Below, piece after piece: positions 37,155 to 45,933 of a stretch of 52,335 nt of DNA (position 1 is its first letter; each line of letters opens with the position of its first letter). The position numbers and the translations under genes were made by a program. The notes beneath the pieces were generated by a model, which saw nothing but the letters and a program-made list of their open reading frames with translations, was not told where the DNA came from and ran no database searches. Source of the DNA: an uncultured Hyphomicrobiales bacterium (lineage in GTDB: Bacteria > Pseudomonadota > Alphaproteobacteria > Puniceispirillales > UBA1172); assembly GCA_964399415.1 (NCBI GenBank), contig CAYNQW010000001.1:1-52335 (forward strand). Reading direction: 5' to 3'.

Positions 37155-38048
37155 TTAATGTTTCCAAAAATAGACCGTTGCAGGTTCCGGCTCCCATACC
37201 CGAGCCTTTCCGATGTCTGGCAAATTCACCAATGCTCTATATTCAGAGCCAAAAGCGACATATCGCTCGGTTTCAGCCATGACAGCCGGTTTGCAAGCAA
37301 TGGGATCCCGCAGAACACCAAAGCCATCCTTCGTGCCAACCACGAATGTATAAAACCCATCAAGATCAGACAGGCTTTTTTCCAGCGCTTCCCCAAGGCT
37401 TGCGCCTTCCTGCATTTGATAGGTGAGATAACTGGCCGCGACTTCCGTGTCGTTATCGGTTTCAAAACTCATGCCCTGATGCCTTAATTTACGCCGAAGG
37501 CTGTTGTGATTGGACAGCGAGCCGTTATGGACAAGACATTGATCTGCACCAGTGGAAAACGGATGCGCCCCCATGGTGGTCACAGCGGATTCCGTCGCCA
37601 TCCGGGTATGGCCTATTCCATGAGTGCCTCCCATGCTGGAAAGACCAAAGCGTGATGCGACCGCAGAGGGGCGTCCCACTTCCTTATATATCTCAATATT
37701 TTCCCCGCGGCTCATTACCCTTATTCCATCGAGTTCTGTCGCTAGAAGATGATGCAATTTTGCTTCTGCCCCCATCTGAATTTGAACAACGGCATGCGTA
37801 TCTTTAATTTGAATCTTGAAATCAACACCGGCGGCGTCAAGAGATTGTGACAAGCGCGAGAAATCTTTTTCGGGCTGATGCGATTGAAGGGTGATCTTGG
37901 TCAGACCGTCGCTTCCGGTGTTATAGACGGCAATGCCCGCGCTATCCGGCCCTCTGTCGGACATCTTGATCAGCATATCTTCAAGAAGAGCGCCAAGTTG
38001 GGGTTCAAGCGATTTATCTTTTATAAACAGTCCTACGATGCCGCACAT
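37155..38048 (-). CDS. mgsA: N-methylglutamate synthase subunit A (class II Ntn amidotransferase)
   Basis: 297 aa. Begins MCGIVGL, giving a catalytic Cys2 after Met removal. Stop lies 1 nt before the mgsB start. Confidence 0.82.
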   Translation of the reverse strand: MCGIVGLFIKDKSLEPQLGALLEDMLIKMSDRGPDSAGIAVYNTGSDGLTKITLQSHQPEKDFSRLSQSLDAAGVDFKIQIKDTHAVVQIQMGAEAKLHHLLATELDGIRVMSRGENIEIYKEVGRPSAVASRFGLSSMGGTHGIGHTRMATESAVTTMGAHPFSTGADQCLVHNGSLSNHNSLRRKLRHQGMSFETDNDTEVAASYLTYQMQEGASLGEALEKSLSDLDGFYTFVVGTKDGFGVLRDPIACKPAVMAETERYVAFGSEYRALVNLPDIGKARVWEPEPATVYFWKH

Positions 38049-38104
38049 CTGATCTTTGCTCCAAAATGACTTTAATTTTTAACGATAAATGAACCAATGG
38101 GGGC

Positions 38105-38944
38105 CTAATGATTTAATTCATTCCACATGCCTTCGATCCAACCTTTGATGATCAAGGCTTCCTCCCAACGGTTTGACATTTCAACACCATTCCGATCGGT
38201 CATGGCGTATTCAGGCGGGCCCAACTCGCAAAGGAAAAGGCAATCGCCATCATCATGTTGCGCCAGCCAACGCTCAAATCCTTCACGCCACCAACCTTTG
38301 AACAATTCCACCCATTTTTGATGTTGCGGAAAATCCAACTGCAATTGGATTTGCTGACGGCTCGCCACCCGACCTTGAAAACTATCAGCACGGTCAAGAA
38401 TACGGCTGATCATGGCTTGTTCATGGTATTGCAACGGCAATTTGAACTCACGGTCGACTACGTAATGCGACAAGTCTGAACACAGCCGCATTTCTGGAAT
38501 AGCATCCAACAAACTTAGCGTGGTGAACAAATCATTGGTGATGCAATTGCGGTGGGTTTCAAATTGCACCGGCATCCCAATGTCATCGGCCATATCCATC
38601 CACCGGCGGATCACAGGGATCATGCCATCGACTGAAATCGGCATTACTTGGCCAATCACATCGACAAAAGGTGCGCCAAAATCTTTGGCCATGATCAAGG
38701 TCTCACGAAGGCTTTCGACGGTTTTAGGAAAAGCAACGATTAACGGCGTCAAACCATGGCGTGCCATGATCGGCTGGACTTCACGCGCCTGCGCCACATC
38801 ACCAGCACCGAGATCAAGCGCCATGCCATCATAACCAGCCCCCGCGACTTTCTCACAAATTTCTTCATAAGACAGCACCACACCCGACGGGTCATGGGGC
38901 ATCATGGACCAAAGCGAGGTATAAACCTGAAGTCGGCGCGTCAT
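38105..38944 (-). CDS. xylose isomerase-like TIM-barrel protein (sugar phosphate isomerase/epimerase family)
   Basis: 279 aa. Alternating beta/alpha pattern with conserved acidic/His positions (FETHRN, DLSHY, CELGPPEY). 56 nt upstream of mgsA on the same strand. Confidence 0.7.
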   Translation of the reverse strand: MTRRLQVYTSLWSMMPHDPSGVVLSYEEICEKVAGAGYDGMALDLGAGDVAQAREVQPIMARHGLTPLIVAFPKTVESLRETLIMAKDFGAPFVDVIGQVMPISVDGMIPVIRRWMDMADDIGMPVQFETHRNCITNDLFTTLSLLDAIPEMRLCSDLSHYVVDREFKLPLQYHEQAMISRILDRADSFQGRVASRQQIQLQLDFPQHQKWVELFKGWWREGFERWLAQHDDGDCLFLCELGPPEYAMTDRNGVEMSNRWEEALIIKGWIEGMWNELNH

Positions 38945-38946
38945 GG

Positions 38947-39927
38947 CTAGGCTTCAACCTTAACGCGGCGACCGCCTTTGACCGGCACAATCCAGACTTC
39001 ATCCATCGGGTATGCGCCTTCATCTTTGGCCATCAATCGCTTGAAGGCTTCAATCTGAAACTCGATCCAACCCATGCGATGCACTTCACCGCAAGTGTTT
39101 TCAATCTTGTCGTTGAGTTCCCGCAATTTCCAAAAAGGCACCGAAGGAAAACTATGATGCGCGGTATGATACGGCATTTGCCAGCACATCCAGCGCATGA
39201 AAGCATTGGTGCGAGTCGACCGCGTGTTGTTCAAAATATCATTGCTATGGGCGAGGCCGAGATGCTCAATCGTATTCTGCAATTGATGGACGGGCTTGGT
39301 CAGCAATAGCGGAACAATCCAAAAGGTCATGGCGGCCCAACTTTCCAGATAAATAGATACCGCCGCGATCACCCCATACCCCAGAAGATGCAAGCGTGAT
39401 TCGCGAATAACTTTAGATTCTTCACTAGAATGGATATAAGGCTCAATAATCACGCCTCGGGCGCGGCGAACAATTCCAAGAATACGATTCCGCCAATAGG
39501 TAATTGACAACATCCACAATAAGAATGTTGTGAGGGTATAAGGTTCACGCACCAATTCGCCATCTTTATCCCAATTTTGAGTAAAGCGGTGATGCGAGTA
39601 ATGCATAATCAAATCAAAGTCACGCGGGAAAAGCATCAGAAAACCGATCACTCGTCCCCAAAATTCGTTCAAGCCTTTGGTTTTGAACACCGTCCAATGC
39701 GACAATTCATGCTGCGCTGCATAAAGGAAGTTTAAGGACACCCCAAGGCAAAAGCCCGTGAGCAGCACCCACCATGTGCCCATCACCAGATAATGCGCGT
39801 AGCCTAAAATAGCGATGAAACCCAGATGACTCAGCAATTGCGCCCAGCCACGCCCATCAGAACGCTCATTCAAATATTTGAGTTCCTCAGCGTTAACAAT
39901 CTTCCGTCTTGAAAACACTTCTTCCAT
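38947..39927 (-). CDS. membrane fatty-acid-desaturase/hydroxylase family di-iron protein
   Basis: 326 aa. Three histidine boxes (HELSH, HYSHH, HTAHH) and about 4 TM helices. Stop lies 2 nt before the TIM-barrel start. Confidence 0.85.
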   Translation of the reverse strand: MEEVFSRRKIVNAEELKYLNERSDGRGWAQLLSHLGFIAILGYAHYLVMGTWWVLLTGFCLGVSLNFLYAAQHELSHWTVFKTKGLNEFWGRVIGFLMLFPRDFDLIMHYSHHRFTQNWDKDGELVREPYTLTTFLLWMLSITYWRNRILGIVRRARGVIIEPYIHSSEESKVIRESRLHLLGYGVIAAVSIYLESWAAMTFWIVPLLLTKPVHQLQNTIEHLGLAHSNDILNNTRSTRTNAFMRWMCWQMPYHTAHHSFPSVPFWKLRELNDKIENTCGEVHRMGWIEFQIEAFKRLMAKDEGAYPMDEVWIVPVKGGRRVKVEA

Positions 39928-40053
39928 TTCACGCTCCCTAACACGATGAGAAAGTCTTGCTCAAATTTCCCTCTTGCGCAAGTCCAGATGGTGATGTTGA
40001 GTAAAGAAGCAACGATGATCACAAATCACCAATGCCAGAAAGGGTGGCCTTCC

Positions 40054-41049
40054 ATGAAAATAGCCTCTTACCGCGCGAAGGGTTCCGCCCGTGATGTCCT
40101 TGAAATACGCGAGATTGAGACACCTTCCCCGCGTCCAGGGGAAGTGATGATCCGCTTGCATTATTCCGGCATCAACCCGAGCGATGTGAAAATGCGCGCC
40201 GGTCTTAGTTTGGGTGGGATGACCATGCCATTTGACGAAGTGATTCCGCATTCCGATGGCGCGGGCGTGATTGAAGCGCTGGGCGAAGGCGTTGCTGATT
40301 TCAGCATTGGCGACCGGGTGTTCGTTTTCAACGCAGGGTTTAAGCGTGCTTTTGGCACCGCCGCCGAAGCCATCACCATCCCTGCCGGTCAAGTTGAATC
40401 TTTGCCTGAACACACCAGCATGAGCCATGGCGCTTGCCTTGGGATTCCCGCCATGACCGCGGTGCACGCCATGACCCGCGCTAAATCTATCGCAGGCAAG
40501 CGCGTGTTAATCTCAAGCGGCGGCGGCGTGGTTGGCCGCTATTGCATCGAGGTGGCGCGCGGCCTTGGGGCGGAAACCATCATCGCCACCGCGTCCTCGC
40601 CGCTCAGCCGTGCAACAGCAGAAAAAGCCGGGGCGGATTTGGTGTTGGACTATAAAAGCGACCGTTTGGCGGAAGCGATCCAAGATCATTGCGGCAATAT
40701 TGATCATGCGGTTGAGGCTGAATTTGGCGTCAATGCTCAAACCCTTGCTGCGGTGATGGCAGAAGGCGGCTCGATTGCGGCCTATGGCTCAGCCTTGAAC
40801 AAAACGCCGGAAATGCCCTTTTATGATTTCATGTTCAAGAACATCACGCTTCATATGCTGTTGGTGTATTTGCTCGATGCGGAAACACGCAAAGCTGATT
40901 TAGCCGTGATGACGGATTTGCTGAAACGCGGCGCTTTGACCGAAAATATCGCCGCCATCCTGCCGCTTGACGACATTGCCGCCGCCCATGAACAAGTCGA
41001 AGCCGCCCAAAAAAGCGGTTCTGTTCTGCTCGATTGCTCGGCGTCATGA
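40054..41049 (+). CDS. medium-chain dehydrogenase/reductase (quinone oxidoreductase-like)
   Basis: GroES-like N-domain (GEVMIRLHYSGINPSD) and Rossmann VLISSGGGVVG. Start chosen at ATG 40054; the track ORF starts at 39946. Confidence 0.85.
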   Translation: MKIASYRAKGSARDVLEIREIETPSPRPGEVMIRLHYSGINPSDVKMRAGLSLGGMTMPFDEVIPHSDGAGVIEALGEGVADFSIGDRVFVFNAGFKRAFGTAAEAITIPAGQVESLPEHTSMSHGACLGIPAMTAVHAMTRAKSIAGKRVLISSGGGVVGRYCIEVARGLGAETIIATASSPLSRATAEKAGADLVLDYKSDRLAEAIQDHCGNIDHAVEAEFGVNAQTLAAVMAEGGSIAAYGSALNKTPEMPFYDFMFKNITLHMLLVYLLDAETRKADLAVMTDLLKRGALTENIAAILPLDDIAAAHEQVEAAQKSGSVLLDCSAS

Positions 41050-41092
41050 TCACATCCATCATTTGCATATTCATCACTTTAAGGAGAACCGC

Positions 41093-41857
41093 ATGACGCA
41101 ACATGTTTTTATCACCGCTGGCGGATCAGGCCTTGGCCTTGCCATGGCACAAGGCTTTTTGGCAAATGGGGCTAAAGTGGCGGTCACTGATATTGATCAA
41201 GCCATGCTGGATGCGGCGCAATCGGCTCATCCTGACTTGATATGTTTTCATTGCGATGCTTCTGACGAAACCGCCATGCACAAGGTTTATGAAAGCCTGC
41301 GCCAATCTTGGGATCGCCTTGATGTGGTGATCGCCAATGCTGGCATTGCAGGCCCAACGGCGGCGGTGGAAAATGTATCGCTTGATGATTGGAAACGCTG
41401 TCTTGCGGTGAATCTGGATGGCGCTTTTCTCGCCACCAGCCTCGCCGCCCCCTGGATGAAAGATCAAGGCGACGGCGTCATGATCTTAACGTCATCCACG
41501 GCAGGGCTGTTTGGCTATCCGTTCCGGTCTCCATACGCGGCGGCGAAATGGGGGATCATTGGTTTGATGAAAACCTTAGCCATGGAACTCGGCCCTTTTG
41601 GCATCCGCGCCAATGCCATTTGCCCCGGCGCGGTGGAAGGCGACCGCATGGATCGCGTCATTGCCAAAGAAGCCGAAGCCCGCGGCATCAGCGAGGATGA
41701 TTTACGCCAAGGCTATGCTGATTGCGTGTCATTAAAACGATTTGTCACCGCCCAAGATATCGCGGATATGGCGATTTTCTTGGCATCACCGCAATCCAAA
41801 AACGTCAGCGGCATGGCGATGGCGGTGGATGGCCATACCGAACAAGTGACCCTCTAA
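41093..41857 (+). CDS. short-chain dehydrogenase/reductase
   Basis: TAGGSGLGLA cofactor motif and catalytic YAAAK. The ATG at 41093 is preceded by AAGGAG. The track ORF starts at 40967. Confidence 0.9.
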   Translation: MTQHVFITAGGSGLGLAMAQGFLANGAKVAVTDIDQAMLDAAQSAHPDLICFHCDASDETAMHKVYESLRQSWDRLDVVIANAGIAGPTAAVENVSLDDWKRCLAVNLDGAFLATSLAAPWMKDQGDGVMILTSSTAGLFGYPFRSPYAAAKWGIIGLMKTLAMELGPFGIRANAICPGAVEGDRMDRVIAKEAEARGISEDDLRQGYADCVSLKRFVTAQDIADMAIFLASPQSKNVSGMAMAVDGHTEQVTL

Positions 41858-41897
41858 CCATCGGGCTTCTGCCCTAGCATGACGCAACCGCCACAAA

Positions 41898-41920
41898 AAA
41901 GCCGGCACAAGGCCGGCTTT
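41898..41920. terminator. bidirectional intrinsic terminator between convergent SDR and permease genes
   Basis: AAAGCCGGC-acaag-GCCGGCTTT, with an A-tract upstream and T-tract downstream, so it reads as a terminator on either strand. Confidence 0.7.
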
Positions 41921-41940
41921 CTTTATTGATGCAAATGGGA

Positions 41941-43872
41941 TTATCCCTTACCGCGCCATGGGATCAGAATATCGATCACTTTACGCATGATCAAATCAAA
42001 CATTAACCCCAATAACCCCATGATCAGGATGGTCACCCAGATCAACTCATAATCCGAAACGGTGCGCGCAACGTTTTCGATAAAGCCGACCCCGGTGGTG
42101 CCTGCCAACATTTCCGCCGCCACAAGCGTGCCCCAACAGACACCAATGGCAATCCGGACGCCGGTCAAAATTTCCGGCAAAGCGTTGGGCAAAATCACAT
42201 GACGCAAAATCTGACGATTGGTTGCCCCCAAGGAATGGGATGCCCTGATCTTGGACAATTGCGTTCCTGATGCTCCGGTGCGGGCTGAGATCACCATGAT
42301 CGCAAACGCCACCATAAAGAGCAGGAAGATTTTACCGTCATCTTGAATCCCAAAGATGGTCAAAATCAACGGCGCCCAAGCCAAAGGCGGCACGGGACGA
42401 TAGAGTTCAATCATCGGATCAAAGAACGACTTGAAGAACCGCGAGACCCCCATATAAATCCCCAGCGGAACACCCAAGGCAATCCCAAAGCCCATGGCCA
42501 CCAAGACACGGAAAAGCGAATCCCAAATATGGCCATCCAACATGGGAATTGACCCCAGATAAACCTCACCCTGCGCGAAGGCTAGAATGTTGTCTTTATA
42601 GGTCGGGTTGAAACTGCCATCCGCATGATGCGATCCATAGCTGCCCGGCAACATATCCACCAGCATGTCAGGGATGATGAAATCCACCACAGTAGCGATG
42701 GGCAACCATTTCACCCAAAGCAAGGTGGTGCCTTTATAGCCGCCCCCATTATCGACATCAGGATTGGCCAATTGAGCAAATTTTGCCACCACATCGGTGG
42801 GTTTTGGCAACCAACGGCTTGAGCCTTGTTCAATACATAGGGTTCGAGATTTAACCACCCCTTCGCCCGGGAAGAACAACGCGTCCACGACGTTCAGCCC
42901 TCCTTTGGCGTCTCCCACAGCATCAAACAGGTTTTCCATGCCATCATTGACGGATTTCAACGCATCGGCGGGGAAGATGATGCCATCATCCAATCGGCGG
43001 AAAATCCGTTCGACGGCTTTGATGTAGCGGGTGCGTTCAGCGATATCACTTTCGCTTCGGCCTGAAGCATCATCACCATTGGCTTTGAGCGCTTCAATTT
43101 CAGCTATGGTTTTCTCGATTAACGCTTGGGCTTGCGGCGGAAAATTCCGCAATTTCTGGAAGCGATCGGTGATCGCCTCCGCTTCCATCGCCACCGTGTC
43201 AAACAGCACCCCTCGTGCCGTCATCGGCAATAAAGGAATTTCCGTCGACGTCACGCCCCAACGCGGTTGAGCCAAGGCTTCTGCCGTGGGTTGATACCCG
43301 TCATGACCGCCGCGCAACCTATCGGCCAAACCATTCAGATCAGCCGCCACGCCATTTAACGCGGTGGCGGTTTCAGAATCTTGCTCCGATGGATCAGACA
43401 AGAGCGCGATGATGGCGCGGGTTTGACTAATCGCGTTTTGAAGAGATTGAGCCTCCTCTGCGGTGAACACGTCTTCTGGCAGACCAGATTCAAGTTCATC
43501 CAATTGCGCGGAGTTCCGCACCACCAACGTGGTGGATTTGTAATAACGCGAGCCAATCGGAAGCCGAGCGGTAATCGGCGACACTGCTTCTTGAATTTTG
43601 CCCACTTGGCAAAGTTCATTGGCCGCGCTAGGGAAATACGCCCGTGCCATCCCCCAAGAAAAATAGAACCAAATCAGCACGAGAGCCGAAAGTCCAGTTA
43701 CCGCCCAATACCATCCCCCGCGAGTCCGTTCTGGATCGCCGAAGACTTCATCATTTTTACGCTGATGCGTATCCTTTAGCCCGTAATAAATGGAAACCGC
43801 GAATGCTGCCACCAACAGCAAAATCAAGACTGCGGAAATATCAGCGCGATGTGTAGATAGCCACTCAAACAT
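41941..43872 (-). CDS. tauC: NitT/TauT-family ABC permease with ~440-aa N-terminal extension
   Basis: 643 aa. The TauC/SsuC-like core occupies the last ~200 aa (includes LYRPVPPLAWAPL). The N-terminus has 2 TM helices plus a large, helix-rich, presumably periplasmic domain. Confidence 0.8.
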   Translation of the reverse strand: MFEWLSTHRADISAVLILLLVAAFAVSIYYGLKDTHQRKNDEVFGDPERTRGGWYWAVTGLSALVLIWFYFSWGMARAYFPSAANELCQVGKIQEAVSPITARLPIGSRYYKSTTLVVRNSAQLDELESGLPEDVFTAEEAQSLQNAISQTRAIIALLSDPSEQDSETATALNGVAADLNGLADRLRGGHDGYQPTAEALAQPRWGVTSTEIPLLPMTARGVLFDTVAMEAEAITDRFQKLRNFPPQAQALIEKTIAEIEALKANGDDASGRSESDIAERTRYIKAVERIFRRLDDGIIFPADALKSVNDGMENLFDAVGDAKGGLNVVDALFFPGEGVVKSRTLCIEQGSSRWLPKPTDVVAKFAQLANPDVDNGGGYKGTTLLWVKWLPIATVVDFIIPDMLVDMLPGSYGSHHADGSFNPTYKDNILAFAQGEVYLGSIPMLDGHIWDSLFRVLVAMGFGIALGVPLGIYMGVSRFFKSFFDPMIELYRPVPPLAWAPLILTIFGIQDDGKIFLLFMVAFAIMVISARTGASGTQLSKIRASHSLGATNRQILRHVILPNALPEILTGVRIAIGVCWGTLVAAEMLAGTTGVGFIENVARTVSDYELIWVTILIMGLLGLMFDLIMRKVIDILIPWRGKG

Positions 43873-44662
43873 TGCCCATAATCTCCTCTTCCATATCCCA
43901 GATCATGGTCAGAATTTCTTCGCGGACTTTGCCAAAGTCTTTTTGCTGTTTGATCTCACGAAGAGATTTCTTCAGCCCTTGCTCGGCAAAAGGCAGATTG
44001 TATTCTTTGTAAATCCGCCCCGGCCGTGGCGCCATCACAAACAAACGCTCACCCAACAACAACGCTTCTTCCACGGAATGGGTGATGATGATGATGGTTT
44101 TGCCCGTTTCTTTCCACAATTCGAGGATGAGTGATTGCATCTTTTCCCGCGTTAGCGCATCCAGCGCGCCCAGCGGCTCATCCATCAGGATCAAATCCGG
44201 ATCATTCACCAGGCAACGCGCCAGTGCCACACGCTGTTGCATCCCCCCGGACAATTGATAGGTGGGGGTATCGCCAAAACCTGCAAGGCCAACGATGTTC
44301 AACCATTTCTCCACCAAGGCTTCGCTTTCCTTGGCGTTCATTTTTTTCATGCGCAAGCCGAAATCGACATTGCGCGCCACCGGCAACCATTCGAACAAAG
44401 CGCCCTGTTGGAACACCATGCCGCGTTCCACTCCAGGGCTTTCGATTCGGTTGCCGCCTAGTTCCAGATGACCCGATGTGGGATTGATGAAGCCCGCAAT
44501 CATATTCAAGAGGGTGGTTTTGCCGCAACCCGACGGCCCGAGTACCGACAGCAACTCCCCTTGCTTTAGAGAAAAATTAATGTCTTTAAGCGCTTCTACC
44601 GCAGCCCCCGTTTGAGGGTTCGTAAAGGTCATACAGAGATCTTTACAGATGAGATCAGACAT
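43865..44662 (-). CDS. tauB: NitT/TauT-family ABC ATPase
   Basis: [24 protein letters not shown] and [12 protein letters not shown]. Overlaps the permease start by 8 nt. Confidence 0.88.
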   Translation of the reverse strand: MSDLICKDLCMTFTNPQTGAAVEALKDINFSLKQGELLSVLGPSGCGKTTLLNMIAGFINPTSGHLELGGNRIESPGVERGMVFQQGALFEWLPVARNVDFGLRMKKMNAKESEALVEKWLNIVGLAGFGDTPTYQLSGGMQQRVALARCLVNDPDLILMDEPLGALDALTREKMQSLILELWKETGKTIIIITHSVEEALLLGERLFVMAPRPGRIYKEYNLPFAEQGLKKSLREIKQQKDFGKVREEILTMIWDMEEEIMGNV

Positions 44663-44694
44663 TTTAACGCTTCTTTAACTGTTGTTCCAAAAAC

Positions 44695-44719
44695 AGCAAG
44701 GCCCTTAAAAGGGCCCTGC
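44695..44719 (-). terminator. hairpin plus U-tract between tauA and tauB (attenuator)
   Basis: On the minus strand: GCAGGGCCC-ttttaa-GGGCCTTGC (one G.U pair) followed by TGTTTTTGG. Confidence 0.55.
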
Positions 44720-44741
44720 CAAAGAGTGTTTGAACAGCGAG

Positions 44742-45722
44742 TTAGTTCAAGTAAGAACCGTCGATGGTTTTAGCCAAAGACCCGCTGTAGTTGGAGATGT
44801 TGGTCTTGGTGAAAACCGCGCCGAGGGACTCAGCAGCAGCACCAGCAATACCATTATCGCCAAAGTAATTGGCTTTTTGCTCTTCCACGGTTGGGAAGAC
44901 AAATCCAGCCATCTGATTTTTGGTGGTTTCGAAATCCATCCCAGCATCAGCAGCCACTTTACGGATCTGTGCGTCAGAACCGGTCCAGTTGGCGTTGGCT
45001 TCAGCAGTCACTTCAAGGAAGCTTTCCAAGAGTTGTGGGTTTTCGGTAGCGAATTTTTCGGTCACCGAAATCACGTCAAAAGAACCAATGCCGGCGTCTT
45101 TCTTTTCTTGGGTGCTCATGATTGGCGTGCCAACTTCACCAGCGGCTTTCGCGGAAGCACCACCAAAGATACAAGCCATCGCTACAGAACCATCAGCCAG
45201 CGATACCGCACCATCAGCAGGCGCTTGGTCAACGATGGTCATGGTGGATGTATCCACACCAAGTGCTGCCATTTGCTTGCGGAAGGAGAAGTCAGCCATG
45301 GTGTTCAATGGAACAGCAACCGTCTTGCCTTCGAGTTCAGATGCGTTTGATGATGAAATGCCAAGGCCATTGTTTACAAAGCAATCATTGGCTTCGTAAA
45401 CCACAGCGATTGCCACCATCTTCAACGGCGCGCCCTGCTGGATCGCGGTCACAAATGGTGCCAGACCTTGCGAATACGCAATGTCGATATCGCCAGCCAA
45501 CATGGCTTCAGTCATAGCCACACCGGTTGAAAAATCAGTCCAGTTCACGTCAACACCCATGGCGTCGTCATAAGCCTTATCAACTTTTGCAATCTGGTTT
45601 GGCGTTGCCCATTCAAGGAAGAAGGCAACATTCACGGAATCGGCAGCAGCAGCAATACCTGCGCTACCCGCCATCACTGCACCAACGGCACCAGCAACAG
45701 CAGATTTGAAGATTTTATTCAT
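44742..45722 (-). CDS. tauA: taurine-type ABC substrate-binding protein
   Basis: 326 aa. Signal peptide ending AAAA. The mature region VNVAFFLEWATPNQIAK...VNWTDFSTGVAMTEAMLAGDIDIAYSQG parallels the TauA layout. Confidence 0.75.
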   Translation of the reverse strand: MNKIFKSAVAGAVGAVMAGSAGIAAAADSVNVAFFLEWATPNQIAKVDKAYDDAMGVDVNWTDFSTGVAMTEAMLAGDIDIAYSQGLAPFVTAIQQGAPLKMVAIAVVYEANDCFVNNGLGISSSNASELEGKTVAVPLNTMADFSFRKQMAALGVDTSTMTIVDQAPADGAVSLADGSVAMACIFGGASAKAAGEVGTPIMSTQEKKDAGIGSFDVISVTEKFATENPQLLESFLEVTAEANANWTGSDAQIRKVAADAGMDFETTKNQMAGFVFPTVEEQKANYFGDNGIAGAAAESLGAVFTKTNISNYSGSLAKTIDGSYLN

Positions 45723-45875
45723 AAGGAGTCTCCCTAAACTTTATCTTTCAGAACCTGAGCAAAGTAACTTTATTCGCTCTTCTATAAACAACCATACACA
45801 TTTCAACCCATAGCGCAAACATTTTATTCATATCTAACGCAATGTAATTATTATATTTTTTTAATTTTTGTTACT

Positions 45876-45903
45876 AAAAAGGGCCGCCCCAAAAAGGCGA
45901 CCC
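45876..45903 (-). terminator. intrinsic terminator downstream of tpa
   Basis: On the minus strand: GGGTCGCC-tttttg-GGCGGCCC (one G.U pair) followed by TTTTTAGTAACAAAAATT. 31 nt after the tpa stop. Confidence 0.65.
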
Positions 45904-45933
45904 TTGGTGTTTCGGATGGCTAAAACGACGCGT

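Noticed and set aside
35119-38048. Reading the three genes as a split assimilatory glutamate synthase
   Set aside because: The subunit sizes (297, 227 and 446 aa), the gene order and the immediately downstream GS-like gmaS fit the N-methylglutamate synthase arrangement. No NADPH small subunit (gltD) is present.
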